This document shows, piece after piece, positions 10,525-20,460 of a stretch of 64,000 nucleotides of DNA. The stretch is taken from the NCBI GenBank assembly GCA_903927905.1, contig CAIYOY010000383.1, positions 2,080-66,079 on the forward strand. Reading direction: 5' to 3'. The notes beneath the pieces are model-generated. The model was given only the letters and a program-made list of their open reading frames with translations. It had not been told where the DNA came from and ran no database searches. The translations under genes were made by a program, and so were the position numbers. This stretch comes from an uncultured Verrucomicrobiales bacterium. GTDB taxonomy: Bacteria; Verrucomicrobiota; Verrucomicrobiia; Limisphaerales; Palsa-1400. Positions within the stretch are counted from its first letter, which is position 1, and each line of letters begins with the position of its first letter.

Positions 10525-11571
10525 TCAAAGCAAAGTCATTTGCTTCCCTTCCGGTCCGCGAAACGAATCAATGGACAAGCTCGGGCTTTTGCCTTCGATC
10601 CCGGCTTTGCGGCAGGCGATGGCAAAAGTCTGTTTGATTTGATCGGCAAAAATTCCTTCACCCTTCATGCGCGACCCAAAATTAGGATCATTCAATTTTC
10701 CGTCGCGCAGGCTGCGGATGCGGTTGAGGACATTTTCTTTTTTATCCGGGAAATGGGCGGTCAGCCATTGTTCGAATAGATCTTTCACCGCGAAGGGCAG
10801 GCGCACGATGTTGTATCCGGCGAATTGTGCCCCGGCTTCAGTGGCGCGCTCGATGATTTTCAGCAACTCGTGATCAGTCAGCGCGGGAATGACCGGCGCG
10901 GCCAGCACTCCGACCGGGATGCCCGCATCGGCCAATTTTGCGATCGCGGCCAAGCGTTGCTGCGGCATGGAGGTGCGCGGTTCCAACACGCGGGTGAGAT
11001 CGGAATTCAGCGATGTGACCGAAATCATCACCGCCACGGCCTGATGTTTGGCCAATTCCTGCAACAGATCCAGATCACGCGTCACCAGAAAATTTTTAGT
11101 GATGATGACTACGGGATTGCGACATTCCGCCAGCACCTCGAGGCAACCGCGCGTGATGCGCAACTTGCGTTCGACTGGTTGGTAGCAATCGGTATTGGCG
11201 CTCATGGCGATGACGCGCGGTTTCCATTTGGGTGAGGAAAGCTCCTTGCACAACAGTTCCGCCGCGTTTTCTTTGACCATGATCTTGGTTTCAAAATCAA
11301 CCCCAGCAGACATGCCAAGGTATTCATGCGAAGGCCGGGCAAAACAATAAATGCAACCGTGTTCGCAACCGCGATATGGATTGATGCCAGTGTCGAAGCC
11401 GACATCCGGGCTATCGGTGTGCGATAGAATGGAAACGGTTTTGTCCTTGAGAAATTGCGTCTGGGGCGCGGAGGGAATTTCGACCTCGTTATCCGGATCG
11501 GCTTCCAAGTGCAATTTCTCAAACCGGTTGGCCGGATTGGAAGCTGCGCCTCTGCCGCGGAACGAAGTCAT
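10525..11571 (-). CDS. Radical SAM protein, PA0069/Rv2578c (spore-photoproduct-lyase-like) family
   Basis: INPYRGCEHGCIYCFARPSHEYLG (CxxxCxxC), TDCYQPVE and N-terminal GRGAASNPANRFE. Confidence 0.9.
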   Translation of the reverse strand: MTSFRGRGAASNPANRFEKLHLEADPDNEVEIPSAPQTQFLKDKTVSILSHTDSPDVGFDTGINPYRGCEHGCIYCFARPSHEYLGMSAGVDFETKIMVKENAAELLCKELSSPKWKPRVIAMSANTDCYQPVERKLRITRGCLEVLAECRNPVVIITKNFLVTRDLDLLQELAKHQAVAVMISVTSLNSDLTRVLEPRTSMPQQRLAAIAKLADAGIPVGVLAAPVIPALTDHELLKIIERATEAGAQFAGYNIVRLPFAVKDLFEQWLTAHFPDKKENVLNRIRSLRDGKLNDPNFGSRMKGEGIFADQIKQTFAIACRKAGIEGKSPSLSIDSFRGPEGKQMTLL

Positions 11572-11662
11572 AAGTGAGTTAAAGATAATCCATTTATCAT
11601 CTTGTCCAACTTTTAAAAACTCGCTCCCTCGAAATTTTTCCTTAAAATTTACCGGTCACTTG

Positions 11663-12142
11663 ATGAACAAAGCTCAAATCATAAAACAGATCGTCGCCGG
11701 TTTAACTGAAAGCCTGGAGATTTTGCAGAAGGCGGCCCAAGCCTCGCGGGCCGAGGCCACGCACGAAAGCAGCAAAGCGGAAAATAAATACGACACGCGC
11801 GGACTGGAAGCCTCCTACCTCGCCGGCGGACAAATGCGGCAGGCCAAGGAAATCATGGACGCCATCAATCTTTACGAGGTTTTGACCACGCAGAAATTTG
11901 GCAAAGATGAGCCGATTGATTTGACCGCGTTGGTGGAATTGGAAACCGATGGTGTCAGCAACTTTTACTTCATCGGCCCTAAAAGTGGCGGTTTGGAGAT
12001 CAAAGTAAAAGGCCAGGAAATCATGGTCATCACCCCGCAATCACCGCTCGGCCAAAATCTGATGGGCAAAATATCCGGGCAGCAATGGAAAGCGCAATTG
12101 GGCGGAACGTCTGTGAAATATCACGTTGTTTCCGTAAGCTAA
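11663..12142 (+). CDS. GreA/GreB-family elongation factor-like protein
   Basis: ATHESSKAENKYDTRGLEASYLA coiled coil and C-terminal VITPQSPLGQNLMGK. Start moved to ATG 11663. Confidence 0.8.
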   Translation: MNKAQIIKQIVAGLTESLEILQKAAQASRAEATHESSKAENKYDTRGLEASYLAGGQMRQAKEIMDAINLYEVLTTQKFGKDEPIDLTALVELETDGVSNFYFIGPKSGGLEIKVKGQEIMVITPQSPLGQNLMGKISGQQWKAQLGGTSVKYHVVSVS

Positions 12143-12146
12143 GATG

Positions 12147-12243
12147 GGAGCGCGGAATTTATTCCGCTTCAACTCGATAGCGACGGAAAAGCATCGAACG
12201 TCAAAGAATGTGTCACGTCGAAGCGGCATAAATGCCGCACTCC
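12147..12243. repeat. REP-like inverted doublet between convergent genes (possible bidirectional terminator)
   Basis: GGAGCGCGGAATTTATTCCGCTTC (12147-12170) and GAAGCGGCATAAATGCCGCACTCC (12220-12243) are inverted copies matching 21/24. Each has an internal hairpin. Confidence 0.75.
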
Positions 12244-12248
12244 TACTC

Positions 12249-13625
12249 TTACTCCAAAATTTCTTTCAAGACCCGGCCCTGGACATTTTTCATTTCCAGC
12301 CCAAGCAACGCGGCGGCGGTCGGCGCGACATCAAGGTTGTCAATGGAATCGAGCTTCACCCCTTTTTTGATGCCTGCGCCCCATGCCATGAACGAAGCCT
12401 GCATTTGCGGCATCAACGGACTATGGCCGTGTGCGCCCAGCAACTTCGCTGATTTGGCGGTTACGAAGGTTTCTCCATCCGTCCCGTCCGAAATGGAATA
12501 ATCGTCTTTGGCCGTCAGGATCAGATCGCCCATGCGTGGATCAACATCAGGCGTCGGCAAGCCGAACTTCGCGTAATCTTTTGGTTCCAGGACCAAATCA
12601 ATCCCTTCGGCACCCTTGAACATCGCGGCGATTTTCTTGGTCCAGGCCGGCAGATTCTTTTTGTCGTTGATATAAATGTAGCAACTGCCGCCCTGGCTGA
12701 TCGAATAGGCCGGCGATTTATTTTTCGGAACTTTGGATTTATACAAACCAGCCTGGCGCAGTTTCACATTGGGTTCGATTTTTTGGTGATAGCCGACAAA
12801 GCCATGGTCGGACGTCACAATTATAGTGGCTTTGCCCGGATACTGGGCTGCAAGGGCGGCTTTCACTTCTTTCACCCGTTGATCGGCGGCGTGCAGCGCG
12901 GCATAAGCTTCGGGACTGCGCGGGCCGTGTTCGTGTTCCAGATGATCCACCGCGATGAGGTGCAATAAAGCCAGGCCGGGATGATGTTTGAGCGCGAGCA
13001 GAAACATTTTGGTGTACATGAGGTCGCGTTCTACGCCCATGCCGGAATTGCGCCACACTTCCTGTTTCTCAACGGGAATCCCGGCCGCCACACTCTCGGC
13101 CCATAGTTCGGGCGTGCAATATTTTTTAAAATGTTCGTCCGTCCCGACATCAGGAATGGTCCAGTCCAACGTGTGAGCGTTGCGGCTGGCGGGCCAGAGA
13201 ATGGCGGCGGTTTTAATGCCGGCATCGTGGGCCACGTCATAAATTGTTGGGGCCTTCACCAGTTCGTCTTTGTCGAAAATGGGGTCGGAGATGAGCTGGA
13301 TGGTCTTGCCAGTGGAGCGTTCCCAATATTTATTGCCGATGACCCCGTGGCGATCCGGCGTGACGCCGGTCACCAGCGTGGTGTGATTCGCCCAAGTGGA
13401 GGTTGGCAGCACCGGTTTCATGCTTTTGGCGGATGCGCCTTCAGCCATGAGCGCGTGCAAGGTGGGAATGTCCGCTTTGGGATCATCCAAATAGTACGAC
13501 GCCATGCCGTCAATCGAGATGATGACCACGATGTGACCGTCGTCTTTGGCGGCTTGCGTGAGGTTAAACGCGCCCATCAGAACCGTGACCAACAGGCAAA
13601 TTTTCAATGTATATTTATTCATCAT
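12249..13625 (-). CDS. Secreted alkaline phosphatase superfamily protein (nucleotide pyrophosphatase/phosphodiesterase)
   Basis: VVIISIDG, PTSTWANHTTLVTGV (Thr nucleophile), DHLEHEHGP, TSDHGF, GAHGH and a signal peptide. Confidence 0.9.
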   Translation of the reverse strand: MMNKYTLKICLLVTVLMGAFNLTQAAKDDGHIVVIISIDGMASYYLDDPKADIPTLHALMAEGASAKSMKPVLPTSTWANHTTLVTGVTPDRHGVIGNKYWERSTGKTIQLISDPIFDKDELVKAPTIYDVAHDAGIKTAAILWPASRNAHTLDWTIPDVGTDEHFKKYCTPELWAESVAAGIPVEKQEVWRNSGMGVERDLMYTKMFLLALKHHPGLALLHLIAVDHLEHEHGPRSPEAYAALHAADQRVKEVKAALAAQYPGKATIIVTSDHGFVGYHQKIEPNVKLRQAGLYKSKVPKNKSPAYSISQGGSCYIYINDKKNLPAWTKKIAAMFKGAEGIDLVLEPKDYAKFGLPTPDVDPRMGDLILTAKDDYSISDGTDGETFVTAKSAKLLGAHGHSPLMPQMQASFMAWGAGIKKGVKLDSIDNLDVAPTAAALLGLEMKNVQGRVLKEILE

Positions 13626-13719
13626 AAGAACAGACACTTGGGGAGACGTGACGGAGATAAATTAGTTACAAGAACTTGTGACCGGGAAAGGGGTGATTGA
13701 TCAGACCGCGACGGATGAC

Positions 13720-13759
13720 TGCGCCAAACTTTGTAACGATTGTTACAAAGTTTGGCGCA
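13720..13759. promoter_or_regulatory. 40-bp palindrome in a divergent intergenic region; candidate operator
   Basis: TGCGCCAAACTTTGTAAC-GATT-GTTACAAAGTTTGGCGCA has perfect 18-bp arms. Confidence 0.6.
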
Positions 13760-13819
13760 CGAAAATGTTCGCGTGTAAAATTTCTCGCTTTCTCCGACTG
13801 ACCTTGGCCAACATTTCCC

Positions 13820-15655
13820 GTGTCCGCCAAACGCCACAGCCCCAAAGAACAGACGCCAGCCAAACCGGTCGCTCGTTCTTTCACAGTTCAGATCTGTTTG
13901 GGTCTCATGGTTTGCACACTGGTGGCATACTGGCATGTGACGAAGTGCGATTTCATCAGCTTCGATGATCTCAAATATGTCCGGGACAACAAAATGGTCA
14001 ATATCGGGCTGACTTGGCGCGGTATTGTTTGGGCCTTCACTCATGCTTACGCGAGCAATTGGCATCCGCTCGCGTGGATCTCGCACATGATTGATGTCCA
14101 GCTTTTCGGACTGAAACCAACGGGGCACCACTTCATCAACCTCGCGCTGCACACGACCAACAGCGTTTTAGTTTTTCTGGTGTTGAAGCGCATGACCGGC
14201 GCGCAATGGCGGAGCGCGTTTGTGGCTGGACTGTTTGCGCTCCATCCGTTGCGCGTGGAATCGGTCGCGTGGGTGGCTGAGCGAAAGGATGTCCTGTGCG
14301 GATTTTTCTGGCTGCTGACCATTTGGTTTTATGCGGGCTACGTACAAAAGAAAACTTTAGTGGCCCAATTTTCCGCCATCGGCTGTTTCATCCTCGCGCT
14401 TCTTTCTAAACCAATGGCCGTCACCCTTCCCTGCGCCCTTCTCCTCCTAGACATCTGGCCACTCCAACGCTGGGACCCTTTCAATCCGCAATCTGCAATC
14501 CGCAATCCACAATTGTTAGAAAAGTGGCCCTTCTTCCTGCTCATCCCAGTAATGAGCGTAGTAACTTTCTTCGCCCAAAAATCCGGCGGCGCAGTCATCG
14601 CTCTAAGCTCTCTGTCCCTGCACGATCGCTTCACCAACGCGCTCGTCTCATACGCTTCCTATGTCCGCAAAATGTTTTGGCCATCCGACCTCTCGCTTTT
14701 TTACCCACATCCCCCGCGCGGCGCAGATTGGCCGATGGAACGGATCGCGTTGGCGGCGGTTGTCCTGGTGGCCATCACGGTGGTGATGCTTTGGCAGGCA
14801 AAACGACGGGCTTATTTTGCCGTCGGTTGGTTCTGGTTTTTAGGGACGCTTTTTCCGGTGATCGGTTTTTTTCAAGTCGGGCCGCAAGCGATGGCTGATC
14901 GGTTCACGTACATTCCGATGATCGGACTGTTTATCATCATTGCCTGGGGCGCGGTGGATTATATAAAAAAGCCGGCTGTTCTCGCTCCTGCCGCCATCGT
15001 CGTGCTGGCGTTGTGCTTTGGATTGACCGTCAAACAAGTTGGCCACTGGGACAATTCAATCACCGTGTTCACTCACGCCATAGACGTGACCACGAATAAT
15101 GCGCTCGCCCATAACAATCTTGCTTCTGCACTGGATGAACACGGCCAGTCAACTGAAGCGCGGCAGCATTATATCAAATCCCTGGAAATCGAACCCGGCT
15201 ACGCTCTGGCCCACAATAATCTCGGTTACATGATCGCGATGGACGGAAAACTCGACGAAGCTATCGGCCATTTCAAAGCAGCTCTCGTGTCGGATCCTGG
15301 CTACGGCGGAGCGATGCTTAATCTCGGCAATGCTTACGCCGTTCAAGGAAAACTCGATGAAGCCATCGCCCAATTCAAAGCCGCCATCGCCATCGAACCC
15401 GACGACAGCGACGCGCAGGACAACCTCGGTAACGCGTTGACCCAGCAAGGCAAACTCGACGAAGCCGCGCAGCACTACACCGCGTCCATCACCAGCAATC
15501 CCAACAACAGCCAAGCGCATGTCAATTTTGGCCTTCTCCTTGTGCGCCAGGGAAAAAACGACGAAGCCCGCCAGCATTTCACCGAAGCCCTCCGTCTCAA
15601 TCCCAAAGAAACCACCGCCCAAAAAGAATTGGATCTCTTGCTGAAGAAAAAATAA
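13820..15655 (+). CDS. TMTC-like polytopic membrane protein (putative GT-C glycosyltransferase) with C-terminal TPRs
   Basis: FISFDDLKYV in the first loop, NWHPLAWISH, LFALHPLRVESVAWVAERKDVL, ALLSKPMAVTLP, MADRFTYIP, then about 5 TPRs (AHNNLG). Confidence 0.82.
   Translation: MSAKRHSPKEQTPAKPVARSFTVQICLGLMVCTLVAYWHVTKCDFISFDDLKYVRDNKMVNIGLTWRGIVWAFTHAYASNWHPLAWISHMIDVQLFGLKPTGHHFINLALHTTNSVLVFLVLKRMTGAQWRSAFVAGLFALHPLRVESVAWVAERKDVLCGFFWLLTIWFYAGYVQKKTLVAQFSAIGCFILALLSKPMAVTLPCALLLLDIWPLQRWDPFNPQSAIRNPQLLEKWPFFLLIPVMSVVTFFAQKSGGAVIALSSLSLHDRFTNALVSYASYVRKMFWPSDLSLFYPHPPRGADWPMERIALAAVVLVAITVVMLWQAKRRAYFAVGWFWFLGTLFPVIGFFQVGPQAMADRFTYIPMIGLFIIIAWGAVDYIKKPAVLAPAAIVVLALCFGLTVKQVGHWDNSITVFTHAIDVTTNNALAHNNLASALDEHGQSTEARQHYIKSLEIEPGYALAHNNLGYMIAMDGKLDEAIGHFKAALVSDPGYGGAMLNLGNAYAVQGKLDEAIAQFKAAIAIEPDDSDAQDNLGNALTQQGKLDEAAQHYTASITSNPNNSQAHVNFGLLLVRQGKNDEARQHFTEALRLNPKETTAQKELDLLLKKK
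14482..14513 (+). repeat. 7-bp tandem array (CAATCCG)n translated in-frame as NPQSAIRNPQL
   Basis: caatccg caatctg caatccg caatcca caat. The first 25 bp are identical to the reverse complement of 29815-29839. Confidence 0.8.
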
Positions 15656-15669
15656 GCCGGCAGGATTTG

Positions 15670-16875
15670 CTATTCCGCCGCCGCCTGCCAGCCGGCCTTT
15701 TTCAATCCCATCTTCTGCTCATAAGTCCCCAAGGCCTTGCTTTCAGTCTTGTCCAGCGCCTTCAATTCCTGATCCAGATAGGCCAACCGCGTCTGGGCCG
15801 CATGGGCGATGGCGGACTTGGGAAATCGTTCGATCAACCGATGCAACACTTGTTCCGCTCCGACGATATCGCCCCCATGTTTGACATACAGCGTCGCCAG
15901 CAGATTCATCCACCGCCCGATATGCGCGACGCTTTCACTCGGATGCGCGATGAGTTGTTCCAATTGATCCACCGCCAATTCCAATCGCTGAAATTTTTCC
16001 GCATACAGCAACGCCAATTTTTCCCGCGTGTCGGTGTCCATCGGATGCCGCTCCAATTGCTTGACGTATTGATTGGCCAAGACGGCTGGATTGATTTCAG
16101 CCTCCTCCTTTTTCACATCGTTACGCAAGCCGATGTTTCGTATACCGGGAGTCACTTCAAATTTTCGTTTGGCCTGGTCCTTTAAAAGGCTGTCCACCGA
16201 ATCCATCCGGGCGATGCGTTGTTCGGCTTGTTGTGCCAGTTGGGTGTCGGGATAAGCGTCCACGATCCGCTGCAACAGCGCGCTGGCCGCCGCCGTATCC
16301 TGCGTGTATTTCAATTGCCAATCGGCCAGCGTTTGCAATGCCGCCGCCGTGGAGTGAGGCGGCACCTGGCCGGTCGCCAATAATTTTTCCACCGTGAATG
16401 TTCCAGCCGCCAGATCTTTCAGGTCTTCCGTTTGAATCGCCGCCAGCAACATGGTTCCGGTGAAATCATCAGGAAATTTCTCCAATTGCTTGTGGATCTC
16501 AGCGATGGCTTCATCATAGAAATTGTTTTGCCGTTTGCTTTCGGCCATGGAATAAAGCGGCTTCGCTTCCACCTCCTGATCCCCGCCGTCAAAGAGACCG
16601 GTCAGCGGGCTGGCTACCCAGGCCCCGATATTTGGCGCCCAGGTAATGGCGATGGGCAAGCCAACCAAGACCGCGAGAATCGGCCAAAGCGGCGGAATAA
16701 GCAGGCGCATCCCCAAAAGCAAGCCCGCCACAAAAATCACGGTGAGAAACCATTTGAAAACCAAACGGGCAGGATCTTCGCTGCGCTCCAGGGCGCGCCA
16801 GCCAAAATAGCCAAGGAAGGCCAGCACAAAAACACCGCTGGCTATTCCAGAAATACTTTTCCACGCCGTCTCCAT
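15670..16875 (-). CDS. Membrane-anchored TPR-like protein
   Basis: Three N-terminal hydrophobic helices followed by helical repeats (LQRIVDAYPDT, LIERFPKS). Confidence 0.7.
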   Translation of the reverse strand: METAWKSISGIASGVFVLAFLGYFGWRALERSEDPARLVFKWFLTVIFVAGLLLGMRLLIPPLWPILAVLVGLPIAITWAPNIGAWVASPLTGLFDGGDQEVEAKPLYSMAESKRQNNFYDEAIAEIHKQLEKFPDDFTGTMLLAAIQTEDLKDLAAGTFTVEKLLATGQVPPHSTAAALQTLADWQLKYTQDTAAASALLQRIVDAYPDTQLAQQAEQRIARMDSVDSLLKDQAKRKFEVTPGIRNIGLRNDVKKEEAEINPAVLANQYVKQLERHPMDTDTREKLALLYAEKFQRLELAVDQLEQLIAHPSESVAHIGRWMNLLATLYVKHGGDIVGAEQVLHRLIERFPKSAIAHAAQTRLAYLDQELKALDKTESKALGTYEQKMGLKKAGWQAAAE

Positions 16876-17010
16876 GTATTGGAATCTAGCCTAATCCAAT
16901 TTTGGCGTAAATCAAATAAACGACCGGGGTCATGCGTGATTGGCTCGAACAGGCCTTTGGCCTTGACCAAAATTTTCCATGTGGCACCTTAAATCCAGAA
17001 CTTTTACGCC

Positions 17011-17316
17011 ATGAACTTCAGGAAACTTTTTACAAAATTGGGCCCAATCGGATGTATCGCCGCCGCCTTGATATTCGCCAACACTCTCCGTGCTGCTGAT
17101 TCCACCAATAACGCCACCGCCTCCAATAACGAGAAAAAGGCGGAACAACATGAAAAGGCTGCCGAGGCCGAGGCTGAACACAACGAACACAACAGCGAAA
17201 GCGCCGCCCAGCATCACGAAGAATCCGCCGCCGCCGCTGCTCATCACGAGAGCAATAACAATAAATCCGCAGAAGCAGCCAAGCATCACACCCCAAAGCC
17301 GCCGGCCCATAAATAG
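17011..17316 (+). CDS. Small secreted low-complexity His/Glu/Ala/Asn-rich protein
   Basis: Signal peptide ending LRA, then repeats such as AEQHEK, AEHNEH, AQHHEE and AAHHES. Confidence 0.65.
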   Translation: MNFRKLFTKLGPIGCIAAALIFANTLRAADSTNNATASNNEKKAEQHEKAAEAEAEHNEHNSESAAQHHEESAAAAAHHESNNNKSAEAAKHHTPKPPAHK

Positions 17317-17328
17317 ACGGGCGGAAAA

Positions 17329-20127
17329 TTAATCCCGCTCAGGGAATTCAAACGTGGCCTTGTTCTTTTCGTCCAGGACGAGGAAGGCGGAGAACGGCTT
17401 GCCGGCTTTGGAGATGAAATTGGTGAACAAATCGGTTCGTCCGTCTTTAATCAGTTTATTCAACTCCTCGTGATTGATCGCCTGCTGGCAGATGACTTTG
17501 CCGACTTTGAATTTGCAGGCGCGTTTGTCTGACTGCGTTTTCTCGCAGAGATATTCTTTTTCTGTTTCAAAAACACGGCCTTTGCAGATCGGGCAAACGG
17601 CGACCGGTTCTTTGCCGGTGAAATCCACTTTGACGACCGGCTCTTTCACTTTGGCCGGGCCGGATTTCTTTTCGCCGCGCGGTTCAAACTCGAAGCTGGT
17701 GCGGCCTTCTTTGGGATTCCAGACGAGATAGGCTTTGAACGGACGGCCTTTTTTGGAAATAAATTTCTCGAGCAGATCAGTTTTACCGGTGGCCAAAAGT
17801 TTCGCGACCTGTTCGGGTTCGATGGGGCGCTGTAAAATGATTTTGCCGGTGCGGAAATCGCAGCCCATTTGGCGGGCATTTTTTTCGCAGCAATAATTCA
17901 TGCCGTGCTCATAGACCGGCGAGCCGCACTTGGGACATTTACCGAGTGAAGTCTTGCCGGTGAAATCGGTGGCTTCGGCGGCGGCCTGGTCTTCGGCGTT
18001 CTGCTGACCGAAATCGAATTCCGGTTTCCATTCGGGCGACATCTTGATGATGGCGGCGAAGGGGCGGCCCATTTTGCTGCGGAATCCCTGGAGCGGGCCG
18101 ACCACTTTTTTACTGATAAGTTCCTCGACCTCAGCATTTTCCAACTGGCGGCTGGCGACGATTTTCCAAAGGGCAAAGTCGCAGTTGGAGCACTGGAATT
18201 TTTTGTAATTCTCTTTGATGACTCCCCCGCATTTCGGGCAGGGCACCTTCAGATCGGTGTAATTGCCCGGGACCGTGTCGCTTTCGTGCTGTTTGGCTTT
18301 GCTGACGATTTTGCGGGTCATCTCCTCGATCTGATGCATGAACTCCGGCCGCTGCAATTCGCCGCGCTCCATCTGCTTCAGCTTGAATTCCCAATCGCCG
18401 GTCAATTCCGGCGCGGACAATTCCGGGATGTCCAATCCGCGCAAAAGAGTGATGAGCGAAAATGCCTTGGCCGTCGGCTGCAATTCACGGAAATTGCGCA
18501 GCAGATATTTTTCAAAAAGCAGGCCTTCAATGATGGCCGCGCGGGTCGCTGGCGTGCCGAGTCCTTTTTGGCTCATGGCTTCGCGTAACTCCTCATCCTC
18601 GACCAATTTCCCGGCGCCTTCCATCGCGCTCAGCAACGTGGCTTCCGTGTAACGCGCGGGCGGCTTGGTCTGCGTCGCGATAAGTTCGATCTCTTTGGTT
18701 TTGACCTGTTCGTTCGGTTGCACCGGGCAAAGACTCGGAGTCTGATCTTCTTTTTCCGCTTCCTTGCCATAGACCGCCGTCCAACCGGCCACGACCATGA
18801 CCTTGCCTTCGCTTTTGAATGGCTCTTCCAACACGCGCGTGATGCGTGTCGTGACCAAAAATTCCGCCGCCGGATAAAACACGGACAAAAACCGCCGCGT
18901 CACCAGATCGTAAAGCTTCTGTTCAGGTTCGCTCAGACCTTTCGGGGCCTGGGAAGTCGGGATGATGGCATGGTGATCAGAAATTTTTGTGTTATTGAAA
19001 ATGCGTTTGTTAGGCCGCACCCAACCCTGCTTCAAAACATCTCCCGCCAACGGCCCATACTCGCCCTGACTCAGCATTTGCAGCGTCGTCTTCACCGTAT
19101 CCAGATAATCTTCCGGCAAGGCGCGCGAATCCGTTCGAGGATAGGTCAACACTTTATGCCGTTCGTACAGGGCCTGGGCCAAACCCAAAGTATTTTTTGC
19201 AGAGAAACCGAAACGACTGTTGCCGTCGCGTTGCAGACTGGTCAAATCATAGAGCAACGGCGAGAGCGACGTGGTCGGCTTGCTCTCTTCCGTGGCGATG
19301 CCGATCTGGCCGAGGCATTTCGCCTTGATCGCATCGGCTTTTTTGCGGTCCCAAATGCGTTCCGCTTTTAGATCAACGTCCGTTTCCTTTTTATCCCTGG
19401 TAAATTTTTCATCGAACCAGCGGCCGACATATTCGCCGGCCTTGGCGCCGAAAGTGGCGTGCAGTTCGGCGTAATCGCGCGGGACAAAGTTTTTAATTTT
19501 TTCCTCGCGCTCGACCACGATGGCCAAAGTCGGCGTCTGCACCCGGCCAACCGTGGTCAAATGGAACCCGCCGGTCTTGGAATTAAAGGCGGTCAAGGCG
19601 CGCGTGCCATTTATGCCGACCAGCCAATCCGATTCCGAACGGCAGACGGCGGCATCGGCCAGCGGTTGCATGGATTTGCCATCGCGCAACGCGGCAAACC
19701 CATCGCGAATGGAAGCCGGCGTCATGGATTGCAGCCAGAGCCGTTGGAAAGGCTGCTTGGCCTTGGCGTGCTGGATGATGTAACGGAAAATCAATTCCCC
19801 CTCGCGCCCGGCGTCGCAGGCATTGATCAGGCGATCCACGTCCTTGCGCTTGAGCAACTTGAGCAGGACCTTAAGGCGATCCTCCGATTTCTCGATCGGT
19901 TTGAGATCGAAGTTCGGAGGAATGACGGGTAAATGGGCGAACGTCCACTTGCCGCGCTTGACCTCGACCCCTTCCGGGAGGCTAAGCTGAAGCAAATGGC
20001 CGACCGCTGACGAAAGGACAAATTGGTCACTTTCGAAATGATCGCCTTCTTTTTTAAAACCGCCGAGCGCCTTTGCTATATCGCTCGCGACCGACGGCTT
20101 TTCCGCTATAATTAACGCTTTTCCCAT
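17329..20127 (-). CDS. topB: DNA topoisomerase III with C-terminal Zn-ribbon repeats
   Basis: LIIAEKPSVA, NACDAGREGELIF, GRVQTPTL, catalytic TYPRTDS, GLGTPATRAAII and three CPxC...F.SK.G[KR]PF repeats. Confidence 0.93.
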   Translation of the reverse strand: MGKALIIAEKPSVASDIAKALGGFKKEGDHFESDQFVLSSAVGHLLQLSLPEGVEVKRGKWTFAHLPVIPPNFDLKPIEKSEDRLKVLLKLLKRKDVDRLINACDAGREGELIFRYIIQHAKAKQPFQRLWLQSMTPASIRDGFAALRDGKSMQPLADAAVCRSESDWLVGINGTRALTAFNSKTGGFHLTTVGRVQTPTLAIVVEREEKIKNFVPRDYAELHATFGAKAGEYVGRWFDEKFTRDKKETDVDLKAERIWDRKKADAIKAKCLGQIGIATEESKPTTSLSPLLYDLTSLQRDGNSRFGFSAKNTLGLAQALYERHKVLTYPRTDSRALPEDYLDTVKTTLQMLSQGEYGPLAGDVLKQGWVRPNKRIFNNTKISDHHAIIPTSQAPKGLSEPEQKLYDLVTRRFLSVFYPAAEFLVTTRITRVLEEPFKSEGKVMVVAGWTAVYGKEAEKEDQTPSLCPVQPNEQVKTKEIELIATQTKPPARYTEATLLSAMEGAGKLVEDEELREAMSQKGLGTPATRAAIIEGLLFEKYLLRNFRELQPTAKAFSLITLLRGLDIPELSAPELTGDWEFKLKQMERGELQRPEFMHQIEEMTRKIVSKAKQHESDTVPGNYTDLKVPCPKCGGVIKENYKKFQCSNCDFALWKIVASRQLENAEVEELISKKVVGPLQGFRSKMGRPFAAIIKMSPEWKPEFDFGQQNAEDQAAAEATDFTGKTSLGKCPKCGSPVYEHGMNYCCEKNARQMGCDFRTGKIILQRPIEPEQVAKLLATGKTDLLEKFISKKGRPFKAYLVWNPKEGRTSFEFEPRGEKKSGPAKVKEPVVKVDFTGKEPVAVCPICKGRVFETEKEYLCEKTQSDKRACKFKVGKVICQQAINHEELNKLIKDGRTDLFTNFISKAGKPFSAFLVLDEKNKATFEFPERD

Positions 20128-20306
20128 CAGAAACTCTCGTAACTGCTCAATTTAGTTGTGCCTATCTCTTTTCTCTTGATTGCCGGAAAGTGGCTCAAAC
20201 CAAGCCGGATGTCAAAGGGGTATTTTTTGCAACCGGCAAATAAAGAGAATTTAATGTTAGGTTTAAGGAGTCGATCCACCGTCGTCAAAAGCACTTTGGA
20301 GGACAG

Positions 20307-20341
20307 GAAACTCGAAGCACGAATTCCGAAATCCGAAACAA
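20307..20341. repeat. 7-bp periodic array (GAAnnCC-like)
   Basis: gaaactc gaagcac gaattcc gaaatcc gaaacaa. Confidence 0.6.
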
Positions 20342-20410
20342 ATTTTAAATCTGAATGACGGAAATGGGGATAAACCATGCCGCCTGGCGGAAAATTTTTT
20401 GCGGGACGAA

Positions 20411-20460
20411 CCTTAATTTGGCTTAATTTACCTTTATTTACCTTCATTTGTCTTAATTTC
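20411..20460. repeat. Five phased 10-bp AT-rich tandem repeats upstream of topB
   Basis: ccttaatttg gcttaattta cctttattta ccttcatttg tcttaatttc. Confidence 0.7.
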
